A stretch of DNA of 63,997 bases, filler included, from Streblomastix strix (Eukaryota), in the NCBI GenBank assembly GCA_008636045.1. It is 4 parts of 4 records of this genome, joined end to end, with 100 filler letters (N's around TTAATTAATTAA, not from the genome) between each part and the next. Parts side by side here need not be neighbours in the genome. Positions count along the whole stretch, not along the records: positions 1 to 15,956 come from SNRW01000898.1; positions 16,057 to 32,012 come from SNRW01000899.1; 2 more parts are not named here. The stretch is one strand, 5' to 3'. Within the stretch, counting starts at the first letter, position 1. Each line of letters starts with the position of its first letter. The translations under genes and the position numbers were made by a program. A model generated the notes under the pieces. The model did no database searches, had not been told where the DNA came from, and saw only the letters and a program-made list of their open reading frames with translations. Positions 13,143 through 26,200 of the stretch are shown piece after piece.

Positions 13143-13905
13143 ATGTCGAACGTTTATATCGCTGAAAGATTGTTAGACGCTGCTGATTTATCTGACATCC
13201 CAGAGTTATACGCATATATCAAAGAACGATATCCTAAACCTATTGGTGAGCTACCGCAACCTGTACCTATTGGAGACCAAACACTGCAATTGCAAGTGAA
13301 AAATAATGATGATATTATTTATGCATCAAACGAAGAGTTCGAGCCACCAGTGCCGAATGCTATAACGAAATTGGATTTAAATTCATAATTAGAGCGATAA
13401 AGTTTCTTAGTATCCAGTGGTTTAGACCCATAATTAATCGTTTATGGCGATAGAATCATACTAACGGCTTCATATGCAACAACAGTTCTATTTCCAAGTG
13501 ATGGTTAGTTGGGAGGTTAGTTGAGTGGATATTTATTCAAAAGTTATCCCCAAGAAGCAGGACCAAAATTAGGAGATTAAGTGATTGCATTAGTTGGAAC
13601 CGATGCGCCTAATACATTTAATATATTTTGTTATATTGATTAAAACGGGCAATATATTTAAAGCACTAGATAGATACCATCAAATACTGCTCTCGTTCTT
13701 AACATCACATACTATAAAATTATGAATAATCAAAGAAAATAAATTATTATGCTGATAAAGACGGAAAAATTGGAATTATGGATACATGGAATGTTAATGG
13801 AAAAGGTTAATTTGAAGCGTAATCGTATGTATATGACATAGTTAAAAAATAAACAGAATTAATCGAGGCTGGAGTGTAAGGATTAAATAGAACTAATTAT
13901 TTGAT
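13143..13905 (+). CDS. Hypothetical viral protein
   Basis: MSNVYIAERLLDAADL.. stays open for over 200 codons with TAR=Gln. The 3' end and the downstream ORF look decayed, so the end coordinate is approximate. Confidence 0.55.
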
Positions 13906-14798
13906 CAGTGAAATAAAACTAATGGATGAATTAGCGATATTATGCAGATAGAGCAGCATATTTTATTAAAGATGGACCGTTTATCGTATACAGTTTTGGA
14001 GCAAAATTGGCACAATTAGGCTCCAGCTCTGAGGCGTAATAAACTGTATATAAATTATTCTCGACAATCAGTAAAAAAAAGTACTACGACCAAAAACGAA
14101 ATATTTACCTGTTCATGTAGAATAAATAGAATTTTCCGCTATGTGTTTGTTCAAGGATATGTATGATAAGTCGTCAGCTGTGTAGGTAGCCGTTAGTGGA
14201 AAATTAAATATGTTTGATTGTGAATTTCAAAGAACGTATATCCTTGATAACTACGCGAACAGCACAAACACCAACGAATTAGCATCTGAAAACCCGAATC
14301 TTACATCGACGAAGTAATAATAAAACAAATAAAATAATTAGATTCATCACCTCAACTACAAAATACGATAAAATATATGTTCAATTAGTTTGTTATAAAT
14401 GATTTTTTCTTTTCATCTGCATATAATACGTTCTATATCGTTGATGATAGCACGTGCAGAGTATGCGCATTCAATTTATATTTCGAATCAAAATTTTTGT
14501 AAGGGAGAACATAAGAAGAAGGTCGTATTCCTGATTCTATACTACCAGCTGATAGTAAAAGTTTGGGCTTCCCTGCGGCTATATATAGAACATATGGCGG
14601 AAGATAGAATAATTTTTCCGTGAATTATTTTATTGTAAATGCTTAATTTAAAATGCTATACTTTTAATTATCATAACCATAGGAGTCAATCCAATAAGAT
14701 TCAGCTGATGTTTATAAATATTGCGCTTGTGGAATGTATTTTTTGTGAAAAACATTAATAAAAAGCATTATTTTGACACGAAAAATTGATATGGATAT

Positions 14799-14902
14799 TG
14801 AATGACTTTTAAGCGTTCCGAGTGTTCCGAGTGTTCCGAGTGTTCCGAGTCAAAAACTTTTATAAAAAGCTGTGGCCAACGGGACAACTGGCCAATAATT
14901 GA
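14799..14902 (+). repeat. Iteron-containing module, copy 3
   Basis: TGAATGACTTTTAAGC-(GTTCCGAGT)x4-CAAAAACTTTTATAAAAAGCTGTGGCCAACGGGACAACTGGCCAATAATTGA. Confidence 0.9.
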
Positions 14903-14979
14903 GAATCATTAAAAATTAAAAACATTTTTTCAAATCTAAAATAACACATATAAAATTTTATTTTTGTTATAAATAAACG

Positions 14980-15330
14980 ATGGCCGTCGGTTTATTCTCA
15001 AAAATAAAGCAATTAGTTTAAAAAGTAGGGAAAGGTCTTTAGTGGGCTAATGATAACGTTTATAAGCTGTTCATAAAACCATTTGCAAAACCAATACTTG
15101 GAGCACTGGGTCCTGTCGGCTAAACAATAGATAAAGGTTTAGATGTTGCTAGTTCATTTCTTCATTATGGCCATGGTGCAGATAAAATGGTTAATTTAGA
15201 TAAGATTTTGATACGATATGAAACGACGAATATTTAAGATAAAAATTACCCATTGATATACAGAGTCGAAGAATATAATTACAGAACCAATGAAAAATAA
15301 AATCTTTATGTTCAATTCATTAACAGTTAG
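14980..15330 (+). CDS. Small protein with N-terminal amphipathic helix (protein VI-like membrane-active candidate)
   Basis: MAVGLFSKIKQLVQKVGKGLQWANDNVYKLFIKPFAKPILGALGPVGQTIDKGLDVASSFL. The true stop is unclear, so the end is approximate. Confidence 0.55.
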
Positions 15331-15353
15331 GAATATTTATTTTTTAATGTTTA

Positions 15354-15513
15354 TCAATTATTGGCCAGTTGTCCGGTTGGCCACAGCCTTTTACAAAAGT
15401 TTTTGACTCGGAACACTCGGAACACTCGGAACACTTAAAAGTCATTCACTACCTATTCCATTTTCACGTTCCAAAATCATGCACTTTTATATTGTAAAAT
15501 TCATATTCATCAA
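15354..15513 (-). repeat. Iteron-containing module, copy 4 (inverted relative to copy 3)
   Basis: 15354-15448 is a near-perfect reverse complement of 14799-14902, with three TCGGAACAC units. Confidence 0.9.
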
Positions 15514-15589
15514 AAGTTTTTATTTTTCATTAAGTAATTATTTAACTATTTCATTTTTTTATTGAATATAAAAAGTGAATAGATTTTTA

Positions 15590-15782
15590 ATGAAAGCTAC
15601 ACATTTACAGCAAGCAGGGACCATTAAAGAAACATTATTAGGTAATGCCGTTGTTCCATTCACCAATGACGAAGAACGTCATTATTCAATCAAGGAAATC
15701 AAACCAAAATCATAAATACCTGCGTTATTTGATAAGGAGATAATCATTAGTTTATCAGACACTGACCACGACATCACATAGA
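15590..15782 (+). CDS. N-terminal fragment of a putative major capsid protein
   Basis: MKATHLQQAGTIKETLLGNAVVPFTNDEERHYSIKEIKPKSQIPALFDKEIIISLSDTDHDITQ. The call rests on viral context and a recalled resemblance to jelly-roll capsid N-termini and has not been verified. Confidence 0.35.
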
Positions 15783-15956
15783 ACTACTATACAATGGTGT
15801 TTTTCCAGAGCCTTAACTATTTCACGATGATTTGAGATCAATCCTCCACGATTCTAGCCAAAATGGTCATTCTAGATATTTAACCCTATTTATCAACGAT
15901 TCTAGCATATTTTTATCATTATTTATACACTTTGTTCAGAATACTGGGAATCTATA

Positions 15957-16056
15957 NNNNNNNNNNNNNNNNNNNNNNNNNNNNNNNNNNNNNNNNNNNN
16001 TTAATTAATTAANNNNNNNNNNNNNNNNNNNNNNNNNNNNNNNNNNNNNNNNNNNN
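15957..16056. other. Artificial contig spacer
   Basis: 44 N + TTAATTAATTAA + 44 N. Confidence 0.98.
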
Positions 16057-16525
16057 CCTCATTATGCACCAGAAATCTGTGCTAAGACATCTGTTGTAGA
16101 CTTCACTGTAACAATGAAAGGTCTTGAACAGCAGATTTTAGGACGTGTGATTGAGAAAGAAAGATATGAGTTAGAAGAATAAAGACATTCTGTGCTTACT
16201 GATGTTGCAACAAACAAAAAGATGGTACAACAATATGAGAGAGATCTTCTTTTCCGTCTAAGTGAATCTAAAGGTAACTTATTGGATGATGAGATGATTG
16301 CAGTTCTATAAAACACAAAGAAAGCAGCAAAAGAAGTTGCTGAAAAGTTGGTCATTGGTGAAATGACTGAAGCAAAGATTAATGAAGCCCGTGAGAAATA
16401 CAGACATGTTGGTTGACTGGATTTTTCAACCCACAAGGCTTCCTCACTTCTTTGCGCCAGGAAATCACACGTGCGCACAGTTGGGCTTTAGATACAGTTG
16501 CATTGACAACAGAAGTAACTAAATT
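16057..16525 (+). pseudogene. Axonemal dynein heavy chain fragments, internally deleted
   Basis: [57 protein letters not shown] (AAA5 region) is joined out of frame to [28 protein letters not shown] (C-terminal domain). Confidence 0.85.
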
Positions 16526-17599
16526 CTTATTTTTATTTAGATTTTTTAAAATTACAGCTTAATAAACTTAGTTACCCTTTAATCTGATTGCTCTAATTAT
16601 CTTGAATAATATAAAAAAAAGACAATAAAATTTTTATTGTTTTCAATTTCTTTATTCATTATGTTTCTATTTTACTTTAAAAAAGATAAACTTTAGTTTT
16701 AACTAATATTATATGTTGAATATTGAAAGATATGAATTAAATATATACTTAATTTGGGCAAATGTTCGCTTCACTCACATTGCTTGTTGCTGCCAGCACG
16801 CTCAGTGCCACCTACAGTATGCATATATTATGATAAATATTTTATTATATATATTTAAATGAGACTAGTAAGCAACTCTCTGGGTTAAAAATAAAAAATA
16901 TCTATTTTCAACTAGCCTGACCTTCCAAATTCATTAATTACAATATTTTCTTATATATTTTTATTTATTGTTTAGATTACAAAACATAAATAACATTTTA
17001 CATTTAAAAACTGGCCGATAAAAATCCCAGATTTTTATTTCGTTTCTCCTGAACGCATTACATATTTTTTCATTTAATAAAATATATATTTATAAATGAT
17101 TTTTATTTTTTACTATTTATTTCTACTTTCTAAAGTTTCAAACTGGCCAGATGAGGCTTAAATTATTACATCCTTAAATAATATCGAAAGACCGAACAAT
17201 GTTCCTGACAATGGAAAAGAAGAAACTGCATCATTTCCATTATTCTTGGTTAGAAAAGCGATTTAATTTATTCTAAGTGACTTTCATATCATAAACATTA
17301 GTAACAATTGGTAAGAATCTATTCACTTACCATTGAATTTCTATAATCGCACTTCAGATTCATTGATTAGATTGAATAATTCCAACATCTTCTAAAGAAA
17401 TTATATTTAATAATTGCTATTAATTTAATAATATACGATCTTTAATAAGTAATTTGTCAAGCATATTTCATTATTCATCAGTTTAATATTAATTATTAAT
17501 ATAATTAAAATAATCTTCACTTAAATTAAATGTAATCGTTTCATTAATTACTTGTCAGTAAACAAAACATTGAAGAATAACAATAATTAAATAATTATA

Positions 17600-20500
17600 A
17601 TGATAGCAATATTTTCTGTATATCAGTCTTTCTTTATTACAGAATCATTACCAATAACATATTAATATTAGACTTTGAGTGATACAACTACACCAATCTC
17701 TCTTTTCTCAAACTAAAATGGAGACGAATTTATAGTTAGTTATTGTATGTTTATGAACTGCAGTAATTCTTAATCTTCAGGTGGAGCAATATCCAGTTCC
17801 ATATCAAATGGAGTTATTGTATCAATTAATGAAACAAAATTTATTGACTGTTTCTGTGATCAAAGTGGTGGCGCTCTCTTTATGTAAGTTACCAGTGGAA
17901 GTGAAATGCATTTTGAAAGTTGTTCAATGAATCGTTGCTACTCGACATAGAATGGAGGTGGACTTTTTATAATAATATTACCATCAAATATGGAAACAGC
18001 AGTCTACTTATCAAATTTATATATATTAAATTGTTCAAGTGAATGGCACGGTGGAGGTATATGTATTAATACTAATAATAATACCGCATTATATTTGACT
18101 GGTGAGTTCATATTTGATAATTGTTCATCAATTAGCAATGATTTTAATGGAGGCGGCATCTATATTGAAATGACCTATCCATAGTAAAGTATTCAAATGG
18201 AAGGCGACTACACATTCTTAAACTGCTTATGCAACTCATATGGAGGTGGCATGTACTTGACAACATATTAATAGGTGCCGATTCAAATTAATTGTACATG
18301 CATGTTCTAGAATTGCACATCAAAAAGCGGAGGTGGAATGTTCATTTCTAACATTGGAAGTGGAGATTTGACTCAATTAAGAGGTAATTTCACATTTGAG
18401 AATTGTAGTGCTCAATTATTTGGAGGTGGATTATTCATTGAATCATCAAATAATGGTATTATAGAAATTGATGATTTTATATTTATAGACTGTTAGTCAG
18501 CCCACGGAGGAGGTATTTTCTGGAGTTTAATAAATGATAGCAAATAGTTTATCAATGGAGGATAATTTATTAATTGTACAGCTTCAATATATGGTGGAGG
18601 ACTATATATATCATTTCCCAGCAATTCTACATTAGTTCTTGACAAGTTATGTGAATTCAACAAATGCGTTAGTTAAGGATGTGGAGGAGCTATTTATGCT
18701 AATATTAACTACTCTTTACCTTTCTAATTCAATATTAGCGATACTTTGATATAATAATGCACTGCTAAAGAAGACACAACTTCAACTTCTCCAACAGGAT
18801 ATGGAGGAGGAATCTTCCTTACTGGATCTGGAGATTATGATCCATCAACAGAAAATCTTGATTTTAGAGGGATGAATATAAACGGAAATGTTGCTGAAAA
18901 CGGAGGATAAAGTTTGTATGTTGTAATGCCAAATATAATTTAGTGGTGCAAATCTGGTGTAGCTGGAGAATATATTAAAGGTAATTATAGTGATAAATAT
19001 TCAGACTTTGAAGATATTGAAGGAATATCAGCCGATTAGATAACATTCAATTCTCTTTCATTAGAATCAGTTCAACAATAATAAGCACCTCTTTAATAAT
19101 ATTGGGTTTATATATCAATTCTTACAAAAGTAACAGCTACCTTAAATATATCAGATACCAATCCATTATTAATTAATCTTGAGGGATATAATATGATTGA
19201 AGGATAATTTACTGTGAAAATTGTAGAATTAGGATAAATAAGTTAAATGAATAAATTAAATTATAGAGAAACATCAATTAATAATAATCAAAATAAATAT
19301 TTATAAATTAAAATTCAAGACAAACATTCAAATTCAATATTAACAGTAGCTGATAAAAATTCATAGAATTATAACAAAATAAATCTTATAAGCAACTATG
19401 ATTTTGAAATTATTTACCCTCCAGATGATGGATCAAGTGAATTTATTCATATTGAAGGCGATCCATAAAGTTTGCAAACTGCATCATTTTAAGTGAATCA
19501 TTTTGAATGGTTTGATTATGGAAGTAAGAAATATGGAGTGTTTATTTCAAATGATGGAAGAATATTCACTGGAATTAATGGAAGATAAGATGAAGCATAT
19601 CCATTGGAAGTAATATTAGTAAAACTTGAAATTTCAAATATCACAAAAGCATAAGCTACTTTAAATATATCAGATATCAATTATCCATTAATAATTAATC
19701 TTGAAGGATATAATATGATTCCATCATAATTTACTGTGAAAATTATAGAATTAAAATAAACAAGCTAAATGAATAAATCAAATTAAAGACAAATACCAAA
19801 TAATAATAATCAAAATAAATAATAATATTTTAAAATTCAAGGCAAATCTTCAAATCCAATTTTACCAAAATCAAATACAAATACACATTAATATAATAAC
19901 AACAAAATAAATCATATAATCAATTATGATCTTGAAATTATTTATCCTCCAGATGATGGATCAACTGAACCAATTCTTGTCAAAGGTGATCCGCAAAGTT
20001 AGCAAACTGCTTCATTTGGAATGAAAGACATTTCTTGGTTCGACAATGATAATATGCATTATGGAATATTTGTATCAAATGATAGAAGAATATTCACTGG
20101 AATAGATGGAAAATAAGAAGAAGCATATCCATTGGAAATTGTAATTGAAAAAGCAGATATTGAATAAGAATAAGTTGATATAGAATAAGTATAAGGCGAA
20201 ATCAAATAAGAATAAGATATTCCAAATCATCATTTTCCTTGGTGGATTATTCTTATTATTGTATTATCTTCTATAATTCTAATAATAATTATATTGATCA
20301 TTATCATATTCTTTTGCTGGAGAAAATATAAACAAGAGAAAAATATTGAAATCAACTATTTTACTGATATGAACTATTAAAACAGCAGAAACCTAACCGA
20401 AATGAATCATATAATTGAGGATACCGATAATAATCATGACATTTAGAATAATTAATAGGATGATAAATCACTTTCAAATCCATAATTAACTTATTCTCAT

Positions 20501-21028
20501 TTATAATTTAAAAAGCGTTTCTCCGAACATAATAGAAATAAATAATCTAAATCTGATTAATCTTCATCATTACGTCAAATTAGACATTCTTCTTTTATTA
20601 AACCAATAGCTTTTAACCCAAGTTAAAATTCAAATACAACAATTCTAGAAAGCAATTCAAATTCATCATAACCAGAGAATAATTAAATTAATAAATCTAT
20701 TGTTCATTCATCATCAGGAAATTTATCATGCCATTCTGCAAATACTTCTTCTTCAAAATCTCTTGGTCATTCTTTAAGCACACCACTGTTTCAGATTCAT
20801 GAGCCTTATCCACAATATATTGATCCTCCTTTACATTGGGAATAATAAAATTAATTATAAGGTTCAGAGAAAGATTTTGATCCTCCATTAAAGAAAGATC
20901 CTCCTATTTATCCTGAAGTAGAACAATCGCATAATATTAGTAATGAAGAACAATAAACTATTATTGATTGGGATAGTTTCAAGAAAATCAATATCCCATC
21001 ATTTAAATATAGAAACAAGAAGAAATGA
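17600..21028 (+). CDS. Intronless single-pass surface protein with GGG/GGAI-FxNC parallel beta-helix (Pmp-like) repeats, about 1140 aa
   Basis: Repeats of FxNCxSxxxGGG(I/M); a duplicated domain at about 19120-19620 and 19640-20145; transmembrane segment FPWWIILIIVLSSIILIIIILIIIIFFCWRK; TGA at 21026-21028. The start codon is uncertain. Confidence 0.8.
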
Positions 21029-21568
21029 ACATCTGAACCATTACTTTTTCTTATTTATTTTTATTTTATTATTATTATTATTTCAAATTGTCTTACTTCT
21101 TATTAAATTAGTTATTCTTGCTTTATTTTATCTTTCTTCTTCTTTTTTTAATTGTTTATTAGTCCTTTTTTATTTTGTAACTACTAGTATGAGATGTTTA
21201 TTTAATCATATCGACAATAAAATAAAATTTTAGTATTCCAATAAAATTTGAAACATTTTTCTTATGTTTTTTATTATTTACATACCAATATTTATTGATA
21301 TTTTCAAAAGCTTTAAAAACATATTAAGGATATGAATCTGTAATTGATAATTTTATGATACTACAATTTATTCGACATTTGACTGAATTTGTAATAAAAA
21401 GTTTGATTTATTATCCCCGAATCTCCATATCTCACCTCTTTATAGAGATACCATTGTGGCTCCAATACGGTCGGTTCACGTACAAGAATCCGATCTATTA
21501 ATTGACCAATTTGAAGAATTAAGAATCCTATTAAAGAAACAACAACTATAAAAAAGTAATTTTCAAAT

Positions 21569-22747
21569 TAAGGCTGTTAAAAAGTTACAAATCCTTTCGA
21601 GGGTGACCGCCAAGATCACATTAGGGTGACATTTTGACAGTTGAAAACTCTAATAAAATAATAAAAAAGACTTAAAATATTTTTTCAATACATTTAAATT
21701 TTTAAGTTAATTTTAAAAATAACGTTATAAAATATTAATATAAAATCTTTTAAATTAGAACTTTTTAAAAAAAATTTCAATTAAAAATAAATATAATTTT
21801 TTTCAATATCTGCAATATTTTATTAAATATAGATGTTATAATATAATTTATATTTAATTATAATTAAGAAATATATATTAATGTATAATAATCTTTACAC
21901 TTTTCATGAGAGTGACATGAGTGACATGTCACCCGTCACCCATGTCACACCATTAAATTATGTTACCGAGGTAACCCTAACCATAGCTCCACGTACAGTT
22001 TGTTTTTATAACACCAGACAAGTAATTTATATGAAAACAACCATTTTACATTTATGGTTTAATCAACTTTTATTCTAAACTTGGGGCTGTCGAATGCTTC
22101 TATTCCCAAATCTTGGATTTGTTCTTCAAAACTCGCTTTACACAATTTTCTATGACCTATATATAAAGTATAAATTAATATTATAGTCATATTAATACTA
22201 TATTAACTAAAATTTATTTGCATTATATTAAGAATTCTGCAATTGTATAAATTTTCAGCTATAATTGAATTTTCTCATGAAATTTAATAATAAACAATCT
22301 TATTTTTATTTATTTAATTTTTAACTATTCTACTTTAATATTTTTGTTTATTAGTATATATAGTTATACTCTGATATTAACTATAGAATTATAACTAAAT
22401 TAAAATTTTTTTGAAACTATTATTTTTAAGTTAATAAATCATATTTTTATAATATTTTAATAAATTATGTTTATATTTTTATTTATATTTAAATTGCAAT
22501 AGGTCAATATAATATAAATACTTTAATTTAGCTACACTTCAATATATGAACAAAGTTTTCGTTTGAAATTTTTATTTTTACAATATTTTACTATTTTTAA
22601 TATAAAATTATATTAAATAAAAGTAATTTATAATGTTATTAATAATTTTTATTTTTTGCCAATTTATAAGGAGGTTGACATGAGCAACATTGGGTGACTT
22701 CGAGATCATTTTTTCTATGTCACCCATTTCACCTTTTAACAGGCTTA
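21569..22747. mobile_element. Non-autonomous hAT-type element inserted in the DIRS terminus
   Basis: TIRs TAAGGCTGTTAAAA / TTTTAACAGGCTTA; 8-bp TSD TTTCAAAT at 21561-21568 and 22748-22755; repeated GTGAC/GTCAC motifs; absent from the copy at 5885-6066. Confidence 0.85.
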
Positions 22748-23339
22748 TTTCAAATTACATCCAAGTCTCGGTAAAGAGAGTTCAGCTAAGCGAGGAAAGA
22801 CAGGAAAAAATTAAATTTAATAATCAGAGTTGGATAAAAAGTTATTAATAAAAAATTTTTTGGGAAAAGAACTGATTAAAGTCAATAATTATTTAAAAAA
22901 CCCATTTAAACATAGAAAAATTAGTAAAATTTTAGAATAAACTAATAAAAATTGAACTAAAAACTAAATTTGAGAGGAAAAAAAAAATAGTTTGGAAAAA
23001 CGTCTCTCATGGGGAAAATAACTAATTATAAGTAAAAAAACTTCCAAACAATAACAAAATAAAACGATCAAACTGCTTTCATGCGAAAAAAAATCTCCTT
23101 ACATCATTCCACAAATTCGATCCGTCAGTACTCATTATTGACTCATCTTGGGTTGGCATGAATCTTTTTGGAGGGAATGAGGTGAGATAAGGAGATACGG
23201 GGATGACAAATCATTGCCTTGTCTCTGAGAGAGACGAGAATAATAGTTGGTTACCCCTTTCTCTCCTTACCTCCTTCTATTATTTAGGTACTGATTTTAA
23301 CCATTCATTATCTTAGATTAGAATGTTTATCAATTGTCT

Positions 23340-24260
23340 AGATATATCATTTGCTTTAATTATGAATGCGAAGATTTAGTATTGTTATACAGTGCGAGAG
23401 TATTAGGAGTAGTTTGTAAAGGTAATGAGATTTTTCTCTGGAATAACTAGTATTGCAAATTCAGTTGTTGCATAGTGTCTTATTGAATATGCTGATGCTA
23501 CAATGATTTTCAATTCATTTAGTAGTTTTGTAAGTTGTAGACTGATATCTTTTGTAGTTGTTGGTTTATTAAAACCCTTATGCCACAATAAAAAGTCTGT
23601 ACATTTTGGAAATTGATTGTTTAGTCTCTCTATCCTTTCGTATATTGCTTGTTTTGGGCTTAGTTTTTCATTATCAGTGTTGTATGCTTCATATGTTTCT
23701 ATTGAATTTGCTTATTTCAATCTCAGTTTAAGTGACGCTTGGTTTTCTGATTACTTAACATTTGAGAACTTTAATCTAATTTGTGCGATTTCATTTGGTC
23801 TAAAGAAGCATATTGACTTTAGTAATGAGGCGATCTTGACTTATAAGTTATAATTGCATAGTTGATTATTTGGTTTTGATTTTTTCCAATGGTTGAATTA
23901 TATATATATGTTCCAGAAGTTTAAATTTCTTCAATTTATGATAGTAACATTGGCTAATGCCTTGTTTATTAGCTTTATGTTGTTGAAATTGATAAATTTT
24001 CTCTAAATATAACAGAATGCATTGTTGTTAAGCATGTTTTAAGCGATTCTGAAGATGCTACAGATTTATTTTTTTATATGTAATGCGATTATTTTTGTTA
24101 GAATTACTTCCATATCCTTCTTCATCATCTCATCTGTTGTTATTCTTTATCTATCTTACCAATCCTACAATAGTGCTAAAGAGTATTAATCTCTCTTAAC
24201 TGTGTTAAATCTTTATCTTTTGAATAATAAATTCGTTTCATATTCTGAAAACCTTCTAAT
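23340..24260 (-). pseudogene. DIRS tyrosine recombinase
   Basis: RPNEIAQI (about 23785-23805) and ASAYSIRHYATTE (about 23460-23500) motifs. Boundaries are approximate. Confidence 0.75.
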
Positions 24261-24409
24261 TTCCATACTTCATAAAAGAAAATCACTTCCTACGTCTGAG
24301 ATAGGTCTAAAAGAAAAACACTCACATTGTCTGGAGGAAGTTTTTGATCCTTGTCTTTCATTCTCTGTCCCATCTCCAGAATATTATCTGATAATACAAG
24401 GAAAAGTAA

Positions 24410-26200
24410 TTTAGTATTTATAGTCTTTCGTATAATATATCATGACTGACCCGGCCAAGTTGGAACTATCATTATTTCTTGTGTTTTTTCGTATTTTTAT
24501 CTTAGCTAAAACTCTGTTTAAGATTGGTTTTAATTGATGAAGGAAAAGTCTTATGTTACTCCACTTAAAATTGAATGCGTTGTGAAATTTGAATTTTTGG
24601 TCGTTTAAGTCCACTTTCATGTAATTGTTAATCAACTTAATATATTGGATTGCAAATATATTTTTCTGTGGCATGTGGTTCCTATTTTTGTTTATTTTTT
24701 ATACTATTCCCTCTTTTAGAGAGTTATCTCCTGATCTATAAAGTCTCTAGAGTGATTCTGTTGTGGAATTCATTTTATCTGGTATACTGAAAGTAGTAAC
24801 TTATAAATTTAGTTTCCTTACTAAGTGAAATACTAGTTTTAATTCTTTCATCTGGGATACCTTTGCTTTCAATTTTCCAAAGTCGTAAACTACTGTTGAA
24901 TTATCTGAACGTATCAATAGGGCCTGATCTTGCAACGTCATGAAGACTTGTACGATACAGAGTATTCCGAAAAATGTAGTTTTTAATTCCTTAGCGCTAC
25001 TCGATAATTCTACTTCCTACTCTTTCCAGCAATCGTGATGGATCAGTTCCACTTCGATATTAATCATCAGTGTTGCTCCCCAACCCTGTGGTGATGCGTC
25101 TGTTGTTAACATGCATGTTATTGTTTTGTTAATCAATCACTCCGGTTGGTTATCCACTATTCTCTTTATTCACCATTTTTGCTTTCTTATAATTTTTTTT
25201 TAATCATCTTGCTTACATCCCAAGATTTTATTTTCAATTCATTTGTTTTCTCTTTGTTCAGATCAACTAGATATATAGATGCTTCTTTGATTTAGGGACT
25301 TTGGAAGTTTTGTCTACGAATTTCAACTATTAATTTTCTTATTTTCACTTTTTTATTCTTATATGTTGCATTACACCAGTTCTTCAGTACATACAACATT
25401 TTAACCATTCTCTCTGCTGATATTCTGATACTCACCTCATTGAAGCTCCATATCCATCCCAGGAATTATATTTTCGATTTCGGTTCAGTTTTCATTTTAT
25501 CTTTCGATATTGACCATCCGAACTCTTCCAGAAATTTCATTATTTCTAGAGTCAACGGTTTCAATATCAATTTGTTCTAATAAATTAATAAGATGTATTC
25601 GCAATAGTTAAAAATTTTAATTTTTGAGTGTGTTTTAATATGCATTAGTGTTGATTTTATCGTTTTTGCAAAGAAAATCGGGGTATGATTAGTTCCGAAT
25701 GGCATTGCCTTATTGACATAGTTGTTGCTGTAGAAATTAAATGCTAGATATGATATTGAGTTAAGAGATATTGTAATGTGATGAAATGCTGATTTAAGAT
25801 CTGCTAAGGTTGCGCAGTACATTTTATTCGCTAGATATTGTACTTCTTCTAGGCCATGCATCTTGAAGTGGAGTTTTTCTATTTCTTAATTCATTTTACT
25901 CGCATCTAGAATTTTTCTCCAAGTAATATTAGGTTTCTTAGTTAGGAAGGTGTAGTTGTACTATTTCACTTATTCTTGTTGCATTGACATTACTATTCAT
26001 TCCTCCAATTCTTCCTTCATCTTCTCTTGATAAGCTTGTTTCTCTTTTAGTTTTCCTTTAAATGGTATTATTGACTTATTCTCTTCAAATCTTTATTGGC
26101 TATTCTCGTTCATAAATCTTAGATATAAATTTTCGTTAATAAACTCCTCATTCCCTATCATCTACCATGATTGTATATATTATTTCGTTTTACAACTGAA
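24410..26200 (-). pseudogene. DIRS pol: RT, RNase H and DNA adenine methyltransferase-like domain
   Basis: RKILDAS, DLKSAFHHI, AMPFG, degenerate NYCEYILL (YxDD lost), TTDASPQGWGA, IRSDNSTVV and NAFNFKWSNIRLFLH motifs. Confidence 0.88.

Larger units (their letters stand above)
6067..15956. mobile_element. Endogenous Polinton-like virus, family A (partial, mildly decayed)
   Basis: Starts with AGTAGT. Densely packed intronless genes include a primase-helicase, a fibre-like repeat protein, an amphipathic protein and a putative capsid N-terminus. A related copy starts at 28126. Confidence 0.75.

Noticed and set aside
14799..14860. 9-bp tandem units as a CRISPR array or telomere repeat
   Set aside because: No spacers, only 3-4 units, and embedded in a longer internal module.
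15783..15788. ACTACT as the right end of the family A element
   Set aside because: Adjacent bases do not match the left terminus and there is no TSD, so a chance hexamer is likely.
15957..16056. Palindromic TTAATTAATTAA inside N-runs (also at 32013 and 48066)
   Set aside because: It is an artificial all-frame-stop linker, so adjacency across it (e.g. PIWI near the viruses) has no biological meaning.
16062..16478. 138-aa minus-strand ORF
   Set aside because: It is the antisense shadow of the dynein fragment. Most other short track ORFs are likewise shadows or fragments caused by the wrong genetic code.
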